A program made the translations under genes and the position numbers. 64,000 nucleotides of DNA. Source: Candidatus Daviesbacteria bacterium. Its GTDB lineage: Bacteria > Patescibacteriota > Microgenomatia > Daviesbacterales > UBA10151. Positions within the stretch are counted from its first letter, which is position 1, and each line of letters opens with the position of its first letter. The stretch covers positions 930,634 through 994,633 of the forward strand of contig JAQTZF010000001.1 in assembly GCA_028687915.1 (NCBI GenBank), given 5' to 3'. Under the pieces are notes generated by a model. It did no database searches. It had not been told where the DNA came from and was given only the letters and a program-made list of their open reading frames with translations. Below are positions 37,540-46,457 of the stretch, one piece after another.

Positions 37540-38547
37540 TTATGGTATTGATGTTGCAGAAGGAGTTCCAGAGCTACTGGTTGCTTCCCTTTCTACTAAT
37601 ATCTCAAAAGCAGACTGGCTCTTAACCTTATGACTGCTTGTAGGTGAGGGTGTTAAAGTTTGGGTGGGAACTGATGCAGATGTGGTTTGCCCTGACTGTA
37701 CTGGATTGGTGGGTGAAGCAGGAGGATTAGAATTTACTGAAAAGTTTCCTGCCCCATTGTTTTGTGCAGCTAAATTTGCAAGCCTTCTTTGCAACTCTGC
37801 AAGTACTGTATCACAAGCAGATAAATTACTGGCAGAACATTGTCCAATAAGATTAGGGTCACATTGCAAGTTTAGATTCCAGTCTGCAGATACAACTACT
37901 TTCTCTATTCCATCACAAGAATTTGTATATTCAGTGATTAAAAGAAGATGAGTATTTTGATAATTTGTAAAACCTGTTGTTCCACCACATTGTGAGTAGT
38001 CTCTGGAAGTAACTGTACATTGTGCAGGAGTAGAAGTTGGGATTGGGGTTGGTGATATAGTGGGAGCTTGTGAAATAGATGGTATAGGAGTCACAGATAC
38101 AGTTGTAGTAGTAGAAACACTTTGTTTAGTCTTAGAGGTTTTTGATACTTGTTGTAAATTTTGTCTATAAGTTGTTATTTGTTTTGATAAATCATTTGCC
38201 AACTTCTTTTTCAAAGCCGGGTCTGAAACACTATTTATATCTGCACTGGCGTTTGCTGTTGCACTAAGCATTTCTACGAGTGATGCATTAGCCTGCGTTT
38301 GGTCTGTGTTATTTCTTTCCAAAACTGTAATTGCTTCTTTAAAGCGTCTATTAGACAGATCCGTTTTAAAATATGCTGCTGTGATGGGATTAAACGAAAG
38401 AATGCTTTGCAAAACTCCTTCCATACCTCGCTTAACCGGATAAGCAGTGTCCCCTGGGTTTGCATTTTGAGAAGCTAAAATTAAAGTAGTTGGAAAAGCC
38501 AGAACAATAATCACAACTAAAAAAATCTTACTTAATATTCCCCACAT
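37540..38547 (-). CDS. DUF5667-like exported protein with PT linkers and Cys-rich insert
   Basis: ANPGD.AYPVKR.ME...RRFKE motif after an N-terminal TM/signal. Confidence 0.7.
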   Translation of the reverse strand: MWGILSKIFLVVIIVLAFPTTLILASQNANPGDTAYPVKRGMEGVLQSILSFNPITAAYFKTDLSNRRFKEAITVLERNNTDQTQANASLVEMLSATANASADINSVSDPALKKKLANDLSKQITTYRQNLQQVSKTSKTKQSVSTTTTVSVTPIPSISQAPTISPTPIPTSTPAQCTVTSRDYSQCGGTTGFTNYQNTHLLLITEYTNSCDGIEKVVVSADWNLNLQCDPNLIGQCSASNLSACDTVLAELQRRLANLAAQNNGAGNFSVNSNPPASPTNPVQSGQTTSASVPTQTLTPSPTSSHKVKSQSAFEILVEREATSSSGTPSATSIP

Positions 38548-38595
38548 ACTATATTAATCATAGACTAAATAATTCAAAAAACAAGAAAAATTAGT

Positions 38596-39726
38596 TTAAG
38601 GAATAAGTTTGCGGATATCAGAGAATGTAACTAATACAATAAAAATCAACAAAATAATCATACCTATTGTATGAACAGATTTTTCGAAATTTGCATTTAC
38701 TTTTTTTCGTGTAATAAATTCTATTGCTAAAAAGAATAATCTACCTCCATCAAGCGCTGGCCAAGGTAAAATATTTATCACTGCAAGATTTAGGGATAAT
38801 AAAGCAATTAAGTTTAGATAAGGTAAAAATGGATTTTTTGTTTCTAATACTGATCCTGCGAGTTGTGTAATACCAACTGGTCCTGAAACTGTCTGGGAAA
38901 TTGGAGTTATACTTTTTGTGTTAATTGAAGAACCAATTAAGTTTCCAAATATTTGAAAAGAATAAAGAGTAAAATTATAGCTGTGAGTCAAACCGGAAGC
39001 TAACTTTTGTAATGGTGTTGTATAAGTTAAATTAGCAATAGTCACAGTTCCTAAAGAAACACCCAACGGACCTTCACCTTTTGGAGGATTTGTTCTTGGA
39101 ACTACTTCAATCTGCCTTGCTGAATCTTCTGTATCAACTACTGTTAAAGTAATCGCTTCTCCAGAATTCTTTTGCACCTGGCCAATAAAATTTTCTGCAT
39201 TATCAATTGGCGCATCATTTAATTTTATAATTCTATCCCCTTGCTTAATGCCAACCATGTCAGCAGGCGATTTTTTAGACACATCTCCAACTAATACAAC
39301 TGTTTCATTAATTTGGTTAGCACCGATAAATTTAAACGGAAAAAAGAGTGGAATCTCTTCCTGAAAACCCTTACCAGCTAAGACAATCCAAAATAATAAT
39401 ACTGCCAGTAAAAAGTTCATTACCACTCCAGCCACAACAATCATCATTCTTTGTAGTACAGGTTTGGAGCCAAATGAGCGGGAATCTTTTAAGATATTGC
39501 TGTCAGTTTCATCTTCACCAAACAGCCTTACAAAGCCACCGATAGGCAAAAGGTTTAAAGAAACTATTGTTTCACCAACTTTTTTACTAAATAATTTTGG
39601 AGGAATACCAAAACCAAATTCTTCCACCTTAACCCCAAATTTTTTGGCCACAATAAAATGTCCAAATTCATGAATAAGAACCAAACTTAACAAAGTTAGG
39701 ATAAAAACTATCGCTGTTATAATCAT
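38596..39726 (-). CDS. rseP: RIP metalloprotease (M50) with PDZ domain
   Basis: HEFGH, PIGGFV, AGVVMN, SGPVGI, NILPWPALDGG. Confidence 0.95.
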   Translation of the reverse strand: MIITAIVFILTLLSLVLIHEFGHFIVAKKFGVKVEEFGFGIPPKLFSKKVGETIVSLNLLPIGGFVRLFGEDETDSNILKDSRSFGSKPVLQRMMIVVAGVVMNFLLAVLLFWIVLAGKGFQEEIPLFFPFKFIGANQINETVVLVGDVSKKSPADMVGIKQGDRIIKLNDAPIDNAENFIGQVQKNSGEAITLTVVDTEDSARQIEVVPRTNPPKGEGPLGVSLGTVTIANLTYTTPLQKLASGLTHSYNFTLYSFQIFGNLIGSSINTKSITPISQTVSGPVGITQLAGSVLETKNPFLPYLNLIALLSLNLAVINILPWPALDGGRLFFLAIEFITRKKVNANFEKSVHTIGMIILLIFIVLVTFSDIRKLIP

Positions 39727-39733
39727 ATAGAAA

Positions 39734-40288
39734 CTAGAGTTCTGTGAGCTCTTTTACTTTATCTTTTCCTAATTCTTCAATAAATACCGTTGATTTTTCA
39801 ATTAATTCTTGTAAAATTTTCTCTCGTCTTTGCCACTCATCTTCCCCAAAAACATCTGCTTCTTTTTCTTGCTCCCATTTAGCTCTGATATCTTGTCTAA
39901 TTTGTCTAAAATTAATTTTTGTTTCTTCTTTTTTAAGATGTACAACTTTAATTAGTTCCTCACGTCTTTCTGCTGTTAAAGGAGGAATTGGTAATCTGAT
40001 AATTGCTCCTTCAAATGAAGGATTTAAACCTAAGTTTGCTTCCTGAATGGCTTTAACAACATTATGCACAATAGAAGCATCCCAAACTTGTACAGTTAAA
40101 AGATTTGGTTGTGGTGCAGAAATATTTGCCACTTCCAATAATTTTAATCTTGTGTCATAAGCTTCTACTGGAATGTTTTCAATAAATGCTGGATTTGCCC
40201 GACCAACTCTAATAGAGGATAGTTCGTGCTTTAAATGTTCAATCGCTGATTGAATTGATGTGTTTGCTTCGTTTAATACTGGATCCAT
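39734..40288 (-). CDS. frr: Ribosome recycling factor
   Basis: IRVGRANP, LGLNP, IPPLTAERREEL. Confidence 0.95.
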   Translation of the reverse strand: MDPVLNEANTSIQSAIEHLKHELSSIRVGRANPAFIENIPVEAYDTRLKLLEVANISAPQPNLLTVQVWDASIVHNVVKAIQEANLGLNPSFEGAIIRLPIPPLTAERREELIKVVHLKKEETKINFRQIRQDIRAKWEQEKEADVFGEDEWQRREKILQELIEKSTVFIEELGKDKVKELTEL

Positions 40289-40737
40289 TATTCGCCTAGT
40301 TCAATTCTAGCAAATTTTCCAATCTGAATGTTCTCCCCAACTTTACCAATCACTGATTTAACTAAAGCATCAATTGTTTGTGAAGGATCCCGGACATAAT
40401 CTTGTTTTAATAATTTTTCTGTATTTTCAGGATTCATGGATGCAATTTGCAAGGCTATTTCATGAGCTAAATTCTTAAAAGCTTCTGTTTTGGCTACAAA
40501 GTCTGTCTCACAAAGAAGATCTACAACAACTCCAACTTTACCTGCATGTGAATAAACTTCGACTAATCCAGCTTTAACTTCTCTGTCTGCTTTTTTGGCT
40601 GCTTTATCAAAACCTTTTTGTTTGATGATTTCGAGGGCTTTTTTGTAGTCACCTTTTGACTCTGTGAGGGCTTCTTTACAGTCAGCAATTCCAGCTCCTG
40701 TTTCTTCTCTTAACTTTTTTAAATCCTCAATATTCAT
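40288..40737 (-). CDS. tsf: Elongation factor Ts (short form)
   Basis: KLREETGAGIADCK, CETDFVAK, GENIQI. Confidence 0.95.
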   Translation of the reverse strand: MNIEDLKKLREETGAGIADCKEALTESKGDYKKALEIIKQKGFDKAAKKADREVKAGLVEVYSHAGKVGVVVDLLCETDFVAKTEAFKNLAHEIALQIASMNPENTEKLLKQDYVRDPSQTIDALVKSVIGKVGENIQIGKFARIELGE

Positions 40738-40746
40738 ATGAGTATT

Positions 40747-41571
40747 TTAAACTATTCTTTCAGAATCTAACACTGCCTTTTTCTCAACTTCTTCTTCTGC
40801 TGCTGCTACTTCTTCAGCAATGTTTGGAGCTACAACCTCTTCTTGCTTCTCAGATTCTTCTTGTTTTTTCAAAGCAATTTTACCAGCAGATTTTAATCCT
40901 TCTGCATAAGCATCAGCAATTGCTTCTGTAATAATTTGGATTGATTTAGAAGCATCATCATTAGCTGGAATTGGATGATTAATTAATAACGGGTTTGAGT
41001 TTGTGTCACAAATTCCTACAATTGGTAAATCAATTCTGATAGCTTCTGCAACTGCTGTACTTTCAGCTACTGTATCAATAATAAAAATAGCATCTGGTAA
41101 TCTATCAAATTTAGCAATACCACCTAATTCATTCTCAAACTTAACTAACTTTTTACTAATTAAAAGTTGTTCTTTTTTTGTGTAATGAGTTAATTCACCT
41201 TTTTCTTGTTTATCTTTAAGATCTAAAAGTTTTTTGATATTTTTTCTGACTTCATCAAAATTAGTTAAAAATCCACCTACCCAACGATAAGTTACATATG
41301 GAGCTCCTGCTCTTTCAGCAAGTTCCTTAACTATTGGCTGAGCCTGCTTTTTAGTACCAAGAAAAAGTAAAACTTTTCCTTCTTTACCTAATTTTTCAAC
41401 ATAATCAATTGCTTCTTTCAGCTTCTTTTCAGATTTTCCCAAATCTATAATATGAACACCATCTCTGACACCATAAATATATTGCTGCATTTTTGGGTGA
41501 CCACGTCGAACTTGATGCCCGAAATGGACACCTGCTTCTAACAATTCTTGTAAGGTTGGTACTTTTGACAT
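40747..41571 (-). CDS. rpsB: 30S ribosomal protein S2
   Basis: LLEAGVHFGH, RWVGGFLTNF, DTNSNP, PANDD; ATG 41571 preferred. Confidence 0.97.
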   Translation of the reverse strand: MSKVPTLQELLEAGVHFGHQVRRGHPKMQQYIYGVRDGVHIIDLGKSEKKLKEAIDYVEKLGKEGKVLLFLGTKKQAQPIVKELAERAGAPYVTYRWVGGFLTNFDEVRKNIKKLLDLKDKQEKGELTHYTKKEQLLISKKLVKFENELGGIAKFDRLPDAIFIIDTVAESTAVAEAIRIDLPIVGICDTNSNPLLINHPIPANDDASKSIQIITEAIADAYAEGLKSAGKIALKKQEESEKQEEVVAPNIAEEVAAAEEEVEKKAVLDSERIV

Positions 41572-41648
41572 GTTTTCCTTCAACTTCTCTACTATCAACG
41601 AATTCAGGAAAACCTAAATAGTAGATGCTTGATGTGGGTATTTTAGCA
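41572..41648 (-). promoter_or_regulatory. rpsB extended -10 promoter and structured leader
   Basis: TGC-TAAAAT then ACCCACA; stem tctactat/atagtaga (41588-41595/41618-41625) enclosing agg-aaaa-cct. Confidence 0.55.
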
Positions 41649-41690
41649 ATATTTCTTTAATATGACAATAGTGAAGTATGGAACAGCGGT

Positions 41691-41719
41691 TTGACTAACA
41701 GTTATCAATTATCTATAAT
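41691..41719 (+). promoter_or_regulatory. Near-consensus sigma70 promoter of the NUDIX gene
   Basis: TTGACT-17-TATAAT. Confidence 0.75.
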
Positions 41720-41740
41720 CTATAGGCTTAAATTTTAAAT

Positions 41741-42466
41741 ATGGCAAAAGAATGTTTAGCAATTCCAACCGAAATATTAGTTCAGGAAAATATCCTTCCG
41801 GCAAAGCGGAAAAATAAAGCTTTATATATTCCCTTATCCACTATTGGTGGTGTTGAAACTATTTATAATTTAACAGCACAATATGGAGAATACAGAGATA
41901 GAGAAGGTGAACAACCAGTTGAAAAAGATCCTAATTTTCAGCAATTAATTATGTATGCTTTTGTACTTAGAGATAGAAGTTTTTTAGCTTATCAAAGAGG
42001 AAGTCACAAAGAAGGAAATTATGATGAGAGTAGATTAGAAGGTAAGATTTCACTAGGATTAGGAGGTCATATTGAACGCAGTGATTTAACTTTAGAAGAC
42101 TCGCTATATAGAGAAATTGATGAAGAGGCTGAAATATGGATTAATAATGAGCCAATTAATTTTAGACATTCAGATCCTGAATTGGGACCTAAAATTTGGT
42201 CTATGAAAAACTACATTGATATTACTCCTGTAGGTTTGATTAAAGATGAAAGAGATTCGGTTGGAAAAGTTCATTTAGGAATTGCCTGTAGATTAACTAC
42301 AAAACTTAAACAAGCAGATATCAGAGTAAAAACAGGTAGAGAAAGTGTTAGCTACCGGTACCTAACCCCAAAAAAATATCAGCAATTAGTTGAATCCCAT
42401 AAATTAATACCAGAAGGATGGAGTGATATTGTTTTTAGAAATGAAATCTTAACTCCTATCAAATAA
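41741..42466 (+). CDS. NUDIX-family phosphoesterase (YmaB/COG4112-like)
   Basis: EKDPNFQQLI.Y, E.RL.GK.S.G.GGHI, REIDEE, GLI.D...VGKVHLG. Confidence 0.8.
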   Translation: MAKECLAIPTEILVQENILPAKRKNKALYIPLSTIGGVETIYNLTAQYGEYRDREGEQPVEKDPNFQQLIMYAFVLRDRSFLAYQRGSHKEGNYDESRLEGKISLGLGGHIERSDLTLEDSLYREIDEEAEIWINNEPINFRHSDPELGPKIWSMKNYIDITPVGLIKDERDSVGKVHLGIACRLTTKLKQADIRVKTGRESVSYRYLTPKKYQQLVESHKLIPEGWSDIVFRNEILTPIK

Positions 42467-44725
42467 TTCAGTACGGCTTAAAGGATTTGGTTCTTTATCC
42501 AATTTTAGACCTGAAAGATAAGGATCTGATTTTGCAATTAGTTGGTTTGCTTTATAAGATAAATCCCGATAATTAATATGACCACCATTCCTAGCTCTTA
42601 AGTGAGTTAAATAAAGTGATTGCTTTGGATCTCCATGCATCCATATATCTGTTTGATGAGCTAATGGTAATAAGTTTAAAACAAAAGAGTAATCAATAGA
42701 ATCTCCATACTTATTATTTACATCATCCACAAACTTATAAAGTTTTTCATAATAATCATCCAAATCCTGTTCAAACTTTTTAGCTATTTTTTCAAATTTA
42801 GGTACTTCTGTAAGATACAATGGTAAACCAAAACCACAACTCATTACTTGCAAAGCTGTATCTATAGTCCAACGTTCTCCATAAATTAAAGGAATAGGAA
42901 TAAATCTTTTATTGGCTCTGTGTCTATTCCAATCACGGACTTCTCCCATAAAACAATTAAGTTCTAATGTCATTCCAGAAGTTCCTGCCCAAAGTGGTAA
43001 TTCCTGATTATGATTGTGTCCTTCAAATAAAATTTCACTAATTTTCTTTTTTATGTTTGGTGTTTGGTTATTAACCCAGTCCAATAATTTCTTCCTATTT
43101 AAACCTGGCCAAATAGTCAAAAGGTATTGAGCAACCATTTTATCTCCTTCGGAGTATTTTTCTGATAACAAGTTAACACCTTGTTTTACTTTTCCTTTAA
43201 GCTTTCTATTAATAGGAACTTCTTCTAAGAAGTTTGTTTCATTTGTTATAAAATTTCGTAAACTTACAATACTATTGTTTGTTATTAATGAAGCCTCACT
43301 GTGTCTGATTAAACTTGGAGCCTCTGCTTTAAATTCTAAACTTTTTTCAATTTCTTTTAATGGAGTAAATAATTGCTCTATTTGAAAACCAACACGATGA
43401 TAAAAAGGAATAGGAGAGCTCTTTAATTGTGAAATTATTCTGGACCAATCTCTTGCAGAAGTATCAAGAGATAAGCCACTACATGCTCCCAGTGGCAAAA
43501 AGAATCTTACACAATCCATAACCCTTGAATTTAAAGCTCCTTTGTCATTATCTCCCGGTTTATAGAATTTTTCAAAAGCCGCCAAAATCTGATCTTTATG
43601 GGAAGCATAAAGATCCAGAGCGAGTTTACCAAAAGACTGATATGTATCTTCCAAATTTGCTAATTCTTCTGATGGAAAATCATCTGGTAAATAATTTCTA
43701 ATTGGATGCAAAGCAGCATCTTTAAATTTTGATTGGTATCTGCTTGATTTCTCCTGACCCGCATTTACTGCAGCATTGTTAAATAATGCTAAACATAAAT
43801 GCATCGGGGTATTATGTGTACTAATTTCCAGGTGAGCCATATCCCCTACAGATTTATGTCCATAATTTCTAAACATTTCATCAAGTTTTTGATCTGGATC
43901 TACACCCTTTTCCCCCATTTCATACATTATTTCCCAGGGAGCTCCAGGAGCTCTGGAATGCCTGGCTCCGGCCCAAGCTCTATGAGCTGCAGTTCTATTC
44001 TTTGAATTGGCAATGGTGGTTGTAATTACCACCCCTGTGATTTTATCCTCTAAACAAACAAGCCTCAACCCTGTGTCTTTTTCCGAATAAACAAACCATT
44101 TAAAGTCATCTTTTTCCAGCTCTTTCTCAGGTTGTGGATTCTTTAAAAAACTATCAGTAACTAAATTTATAATATCTAAATGTACTTCTTCCGGAGTTCT
44201 TGTGGCATAAACTTTTTTCCAACCATATCTGGCTCCTAGTTCTAGATGTATTCGCTGACCCTTTTCCCAAATCTCATCATCTGCTTCATTGCGATGATTT
44301 TTTTCTATACCGCTTACAAATCTTTCTCCATGTAATAAAATTGCTAAATCTTCTTTTAATAATTTTTTATTTATTTTCTCCAAAGCCTCAAGGGGTACAC
44401 CCCAGGTCATACCCCATGCTACTCCTGTACCAGTATAATCTTCTGCTAATACCCACTTACCTGCATTTAAATATGACTTAAGTTTTGGTTCAAAATCTGC
44501 TCTATTTTGAGCATAAAGTTTTTGCAAATCTAAATCTGGCATTTTTAAACCCTCTCGCAAAACTGCATTTATTTTTGGTCCGGTTGGTTTTAAATCATAA
44601 ATTGGATATTTTAAGCGGATAGTCTTAATACCTTTTTCCTGTAAGGATTTTTCAAGTAATTCAACTTGTTTTGATTTACCTAAATTATTTGCTCCGTATA
44701 AAACAATAAATTTACCTTTTTTCAT
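42449..44725 (-). CDS. thyX: Fusion of a thymidylate kinase-like domain and a tandem flavin-dependent thymidylate synthase
   Basis: N-terminal GKFIVLYGANNLGKS, KYP; then ARHSR, YGHKSVGD, QEKSSRY, RFFLP, RDWNRHR, LRA..GGH..YR. Confidence 0.8.
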   Translation of the reverse strand: MKKGKFIVLYGANNLGKSKQVELLEKSLQEKGIKTIRLKYPIYDLKPTGPKINAVLREGLKMPDLDLQKLYAQNRADFEPKLKSYLNAGKWVLAEDYTGTGVAWGMTWGVPLEALEKINKKLLKEDLAILLHGERFVSGIEKNHRNEADDEIWEKGQRIHLELGARYGWKKVYATRTPEEVHLDIINLVTDSFLKNPQPEKELEKDDFKWFVYSEKDTGLRLVCLEDKITGVVITTTIANSKNRTAAHRAWAGARHSRAPGAPWEIMYEMGEKGVDPDQKLDEMFRNYGHKSVGDMAHLEISTHNTPMHLCLALFNNAAVNAGQEKSSRYQSKFKDAALHPIRNYLPDDFPSEELANLEDTYQSFGKLALDLYASHKDQILAAFEKFYKPGDNDKGALNSRVMDCVRFFLPLGACSGLSLDTSARDWSRIISQLKSSPIPFYHRVGFQIEQLFTPLKEIEKSLEFKAEAPSLIRHSEASLITNNSIVSLRNFITNETNFLEEVPINRKLKGKVKQGVNLLSEKYSEGDKMVAQYLLTIWPGLNRKKLLDWVNNQTPNIKKKISEILFEGHNHNQELPLWAGTSGMTLELNCFMGEVRDWNRHRANKRFIPIPLIYGERWTIDTALQVMSCGFGLPLYLTEVPKFEKIAKKFEQDLDDYYEKLYKFVDDVNNKYGDSIDYSFVLNLLPLAHQTDIWMHGDPKQSLYLTHLRARNGGHINYRDLSYKANQLIAKSDPYLSGLKLDKEPNPLSRTELFDRS

Positions 44726-45156
44726 TTGTGACCTGTACTACCAAAACCTCCCCTATCAGTTTTTTTTATCTCATCAACTTCTTCCCATTCTGCGATTTCA
44801 ACTGGTACAAAAATACCCTGACCAATTCTTTCTCCTCTTTCTACTACAGTTTCTTCATCAGTAATATTGTAAACAGCTAAGTTATATTCATCAGTTGGAC
44901 CACAAAAATCCTGATCACCAATCCCCACCCCATTTGCCTTAATTAATCCTTTCTTAAAAGGAGCTGAGCTTCTTAGTGTAATTAAAAACATATAACCTTT
45001 TGGAGTTCCAATAATTATATTTGTTGGAATTTTCACCAAAGTTTTAGGAGGAACTACAGTTGTAATTCTGGCATACAAATCACAACCCACTGAACCATCT
45101 GTTTGATATTTTGGTAAGGGCAGTTCTTTATCAATCCGCGTAATTTTAACTTTCAT
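44722..45156 (-). CDS. dut: dUTP diphosphatase
   Basis: GSVGCDL, RSS, G.GD.DF, GERIGQ, RGGFGSTG. Confidence 0.93.
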   Translation of the reverse strand: MKVKITRIDKELPLPKYQTDGSVGCDLYARITTVVPPKTLVKIPTNIIIGTPKGYMFLITLRSSAPFKKGLIKANGVGIGDQDFCGPTDEYNLAVYNITDEETVVERGERIGQGIFVPVEIAEWEEVDEIKKTDRGGFGSTGHK

Positions 45157-45175
45157 AATTTTGTCCTCAAAATTT

Positions 45176-45214
45176 CAAGCTTTGCTTAAGACCGGAGGTC
45201 GCAAGCTTTGCTTA
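45176..45214. repeat. 13-bp direct repeat around a GACC..GGTC core (RAYT-REP-like)
   Basis: caagctttgctta-agaccggaggtcg-caagctttgctta between dcd and dut. Confidence 0.65.
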
Positions 45215-45221
45215 TTTCAAA

Positions 45222-45845
45222 CTATTTTTTAAAGTTTTTCCAATACTGGCTTGCCATTGGTTTTGGGTTTTTTGAAAATTCATTAATATATTTACTTTTT
45301 AAAGCTGCACTACCATAACAATTTTCTGCTTCACAAGTAAGTGCAGAAAATCTAACTTGACCAATTGGCATGTCTGGATAAATTAAAAGTGGCTGGTCAG
45401 TAAGATTAGTAATTTCTAAAGTAACATGACCAGAAAATCCCGGATCAATAAAACCTGCTGTTGCATGAATAACAAGTCCCAATCTACCTAAGCTACTTTT
45501 TCCTTCTACATTTGCTAAAAGTTGTGATGGTAAATGAAGCCATTCTGAAGTTACTCCTAAAATAAATTCATGTGGATGTAACATACCTCCTTTATTTAAA
45601 TCCAAAACCTCATATTCCAAATACTGATCAACAGGTTTTTTTAAATCTATCACTGCATCTTTATTTCTGCGTCTCGCAAAAACCATTATTGTCTTTGCTA
45701 AGTGAAGATCAATTGAAGATGGTTGAATATTCAAATCTTTATTAGGCTTAACTTCTAAATACCCTTCTTTTATTGCTAACTTAATATCTCTATCAGATAA
45801 TACAGCTCCGCCTTGTTGTAGAAAAGTTAAATTTTTATTATTCAT
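45222..45845 (-). CDS. dcd: dCTP deaminase
   Basis: LSDRDI, QPSSIDL, GKSSLGRLGL, AGFIDPGF.G.VTLE. Confidence 0.95.
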   Translation of the reverse strand: MNNKNLTFLQQGGAVLSDRDIKLAIKEGYLEVKPNKDLNIQPSSIDLHLAKTIMVFARRRNKDAVIDLKKPVDQYLEYEVLDLNKGGMLHPHEFILGVTSEWLHLPSQLLANVEGKSSLGRLGLVIHATAGFIDPGFSGHVTLEITNLTDQPLLIYPDMPIGQVRFSALTCEAENCYGSAALKSKYINEFSKNPKPMASQYWKNFKK

Positions 45846-45887
45846 ACTCAATTTATTAAACTAATTTAGACAGTCTGAGATATTTTT

Positions 45888-46457
45888 TCAAGTAGTCAAT
45901 TTAGTTAAAATATCATTCAGCTTTTGTTGGAACTCTTCTGGTGTGCCTTCATTAATAATATGGAACTCTGCTCTTTCCATACATTTTTCAACATTCATTC
46001 CGAAATTTTCTGAATCATTCTTCTCTGCTTCTAAAAAGCTTTCCCAGGTAATTGGATCAGATCTTCCATCTAAAGCTCTTTGCTTTATTCTTTCAAATCT
46101 TATTTTTTGATCAGCCTCTATTGCAACAAGGTGAAAATTTGGTAATTTTTGTAAGTATTCTATTTCACCTAAACTGCGTACCCCATCAATTATGGCTTTT
46201 TCTGTATGCTGTTCTTTTATAATTTCCCAAGCCCTGCTAGCTAAAATTGACGACCCAAATTTTTCTCTTAATTCTCCTCCGGTTTCTGCTAATCGTTCGC
46301 GGGTTATATCTAAACCTCTTTTTTTAATTTCTTCCCTGATTTGGTCAGAAAGCGAAAAAGAAACAAATCCATGCTTTTCTACTAAATATTTAGCAGCTTC
46401 TCCTTTACCTGAACAAATCTGTCCTACAAACCCGATGACTATTTTAGAATTACTCAT
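45888..46457 (-). CDS. P-loop nucleoside monophosphate kinase-like protein
   Basis: GFVGQICSGKG, LSDQIREE, IDGVRS..E, RFER. Confidence 0.8.
   Translation of the reverse strand: MSNSKIVIGFVGQICSGKGEAAKYLVEKHGFVSFSLSDQIREEIKKRGLDITRERLAETGGELREKFGSSILASRAWEIIKEQHTEKAIIDGVRSLGEIEYLQKLPNFHLVAIEADQKIRFERIKQRALDGRSDPITWESFLEAEKNDSENFGMNVEKCMERAEFHIINEGTPEEFQQKLNDILTKLTT

Noticed and set aside
45868-45878. agacagtctga, reverse complement of 60749-60759
   Set aside because: Only 11 nt, near-palindromic, different contexts; compatible with chance.
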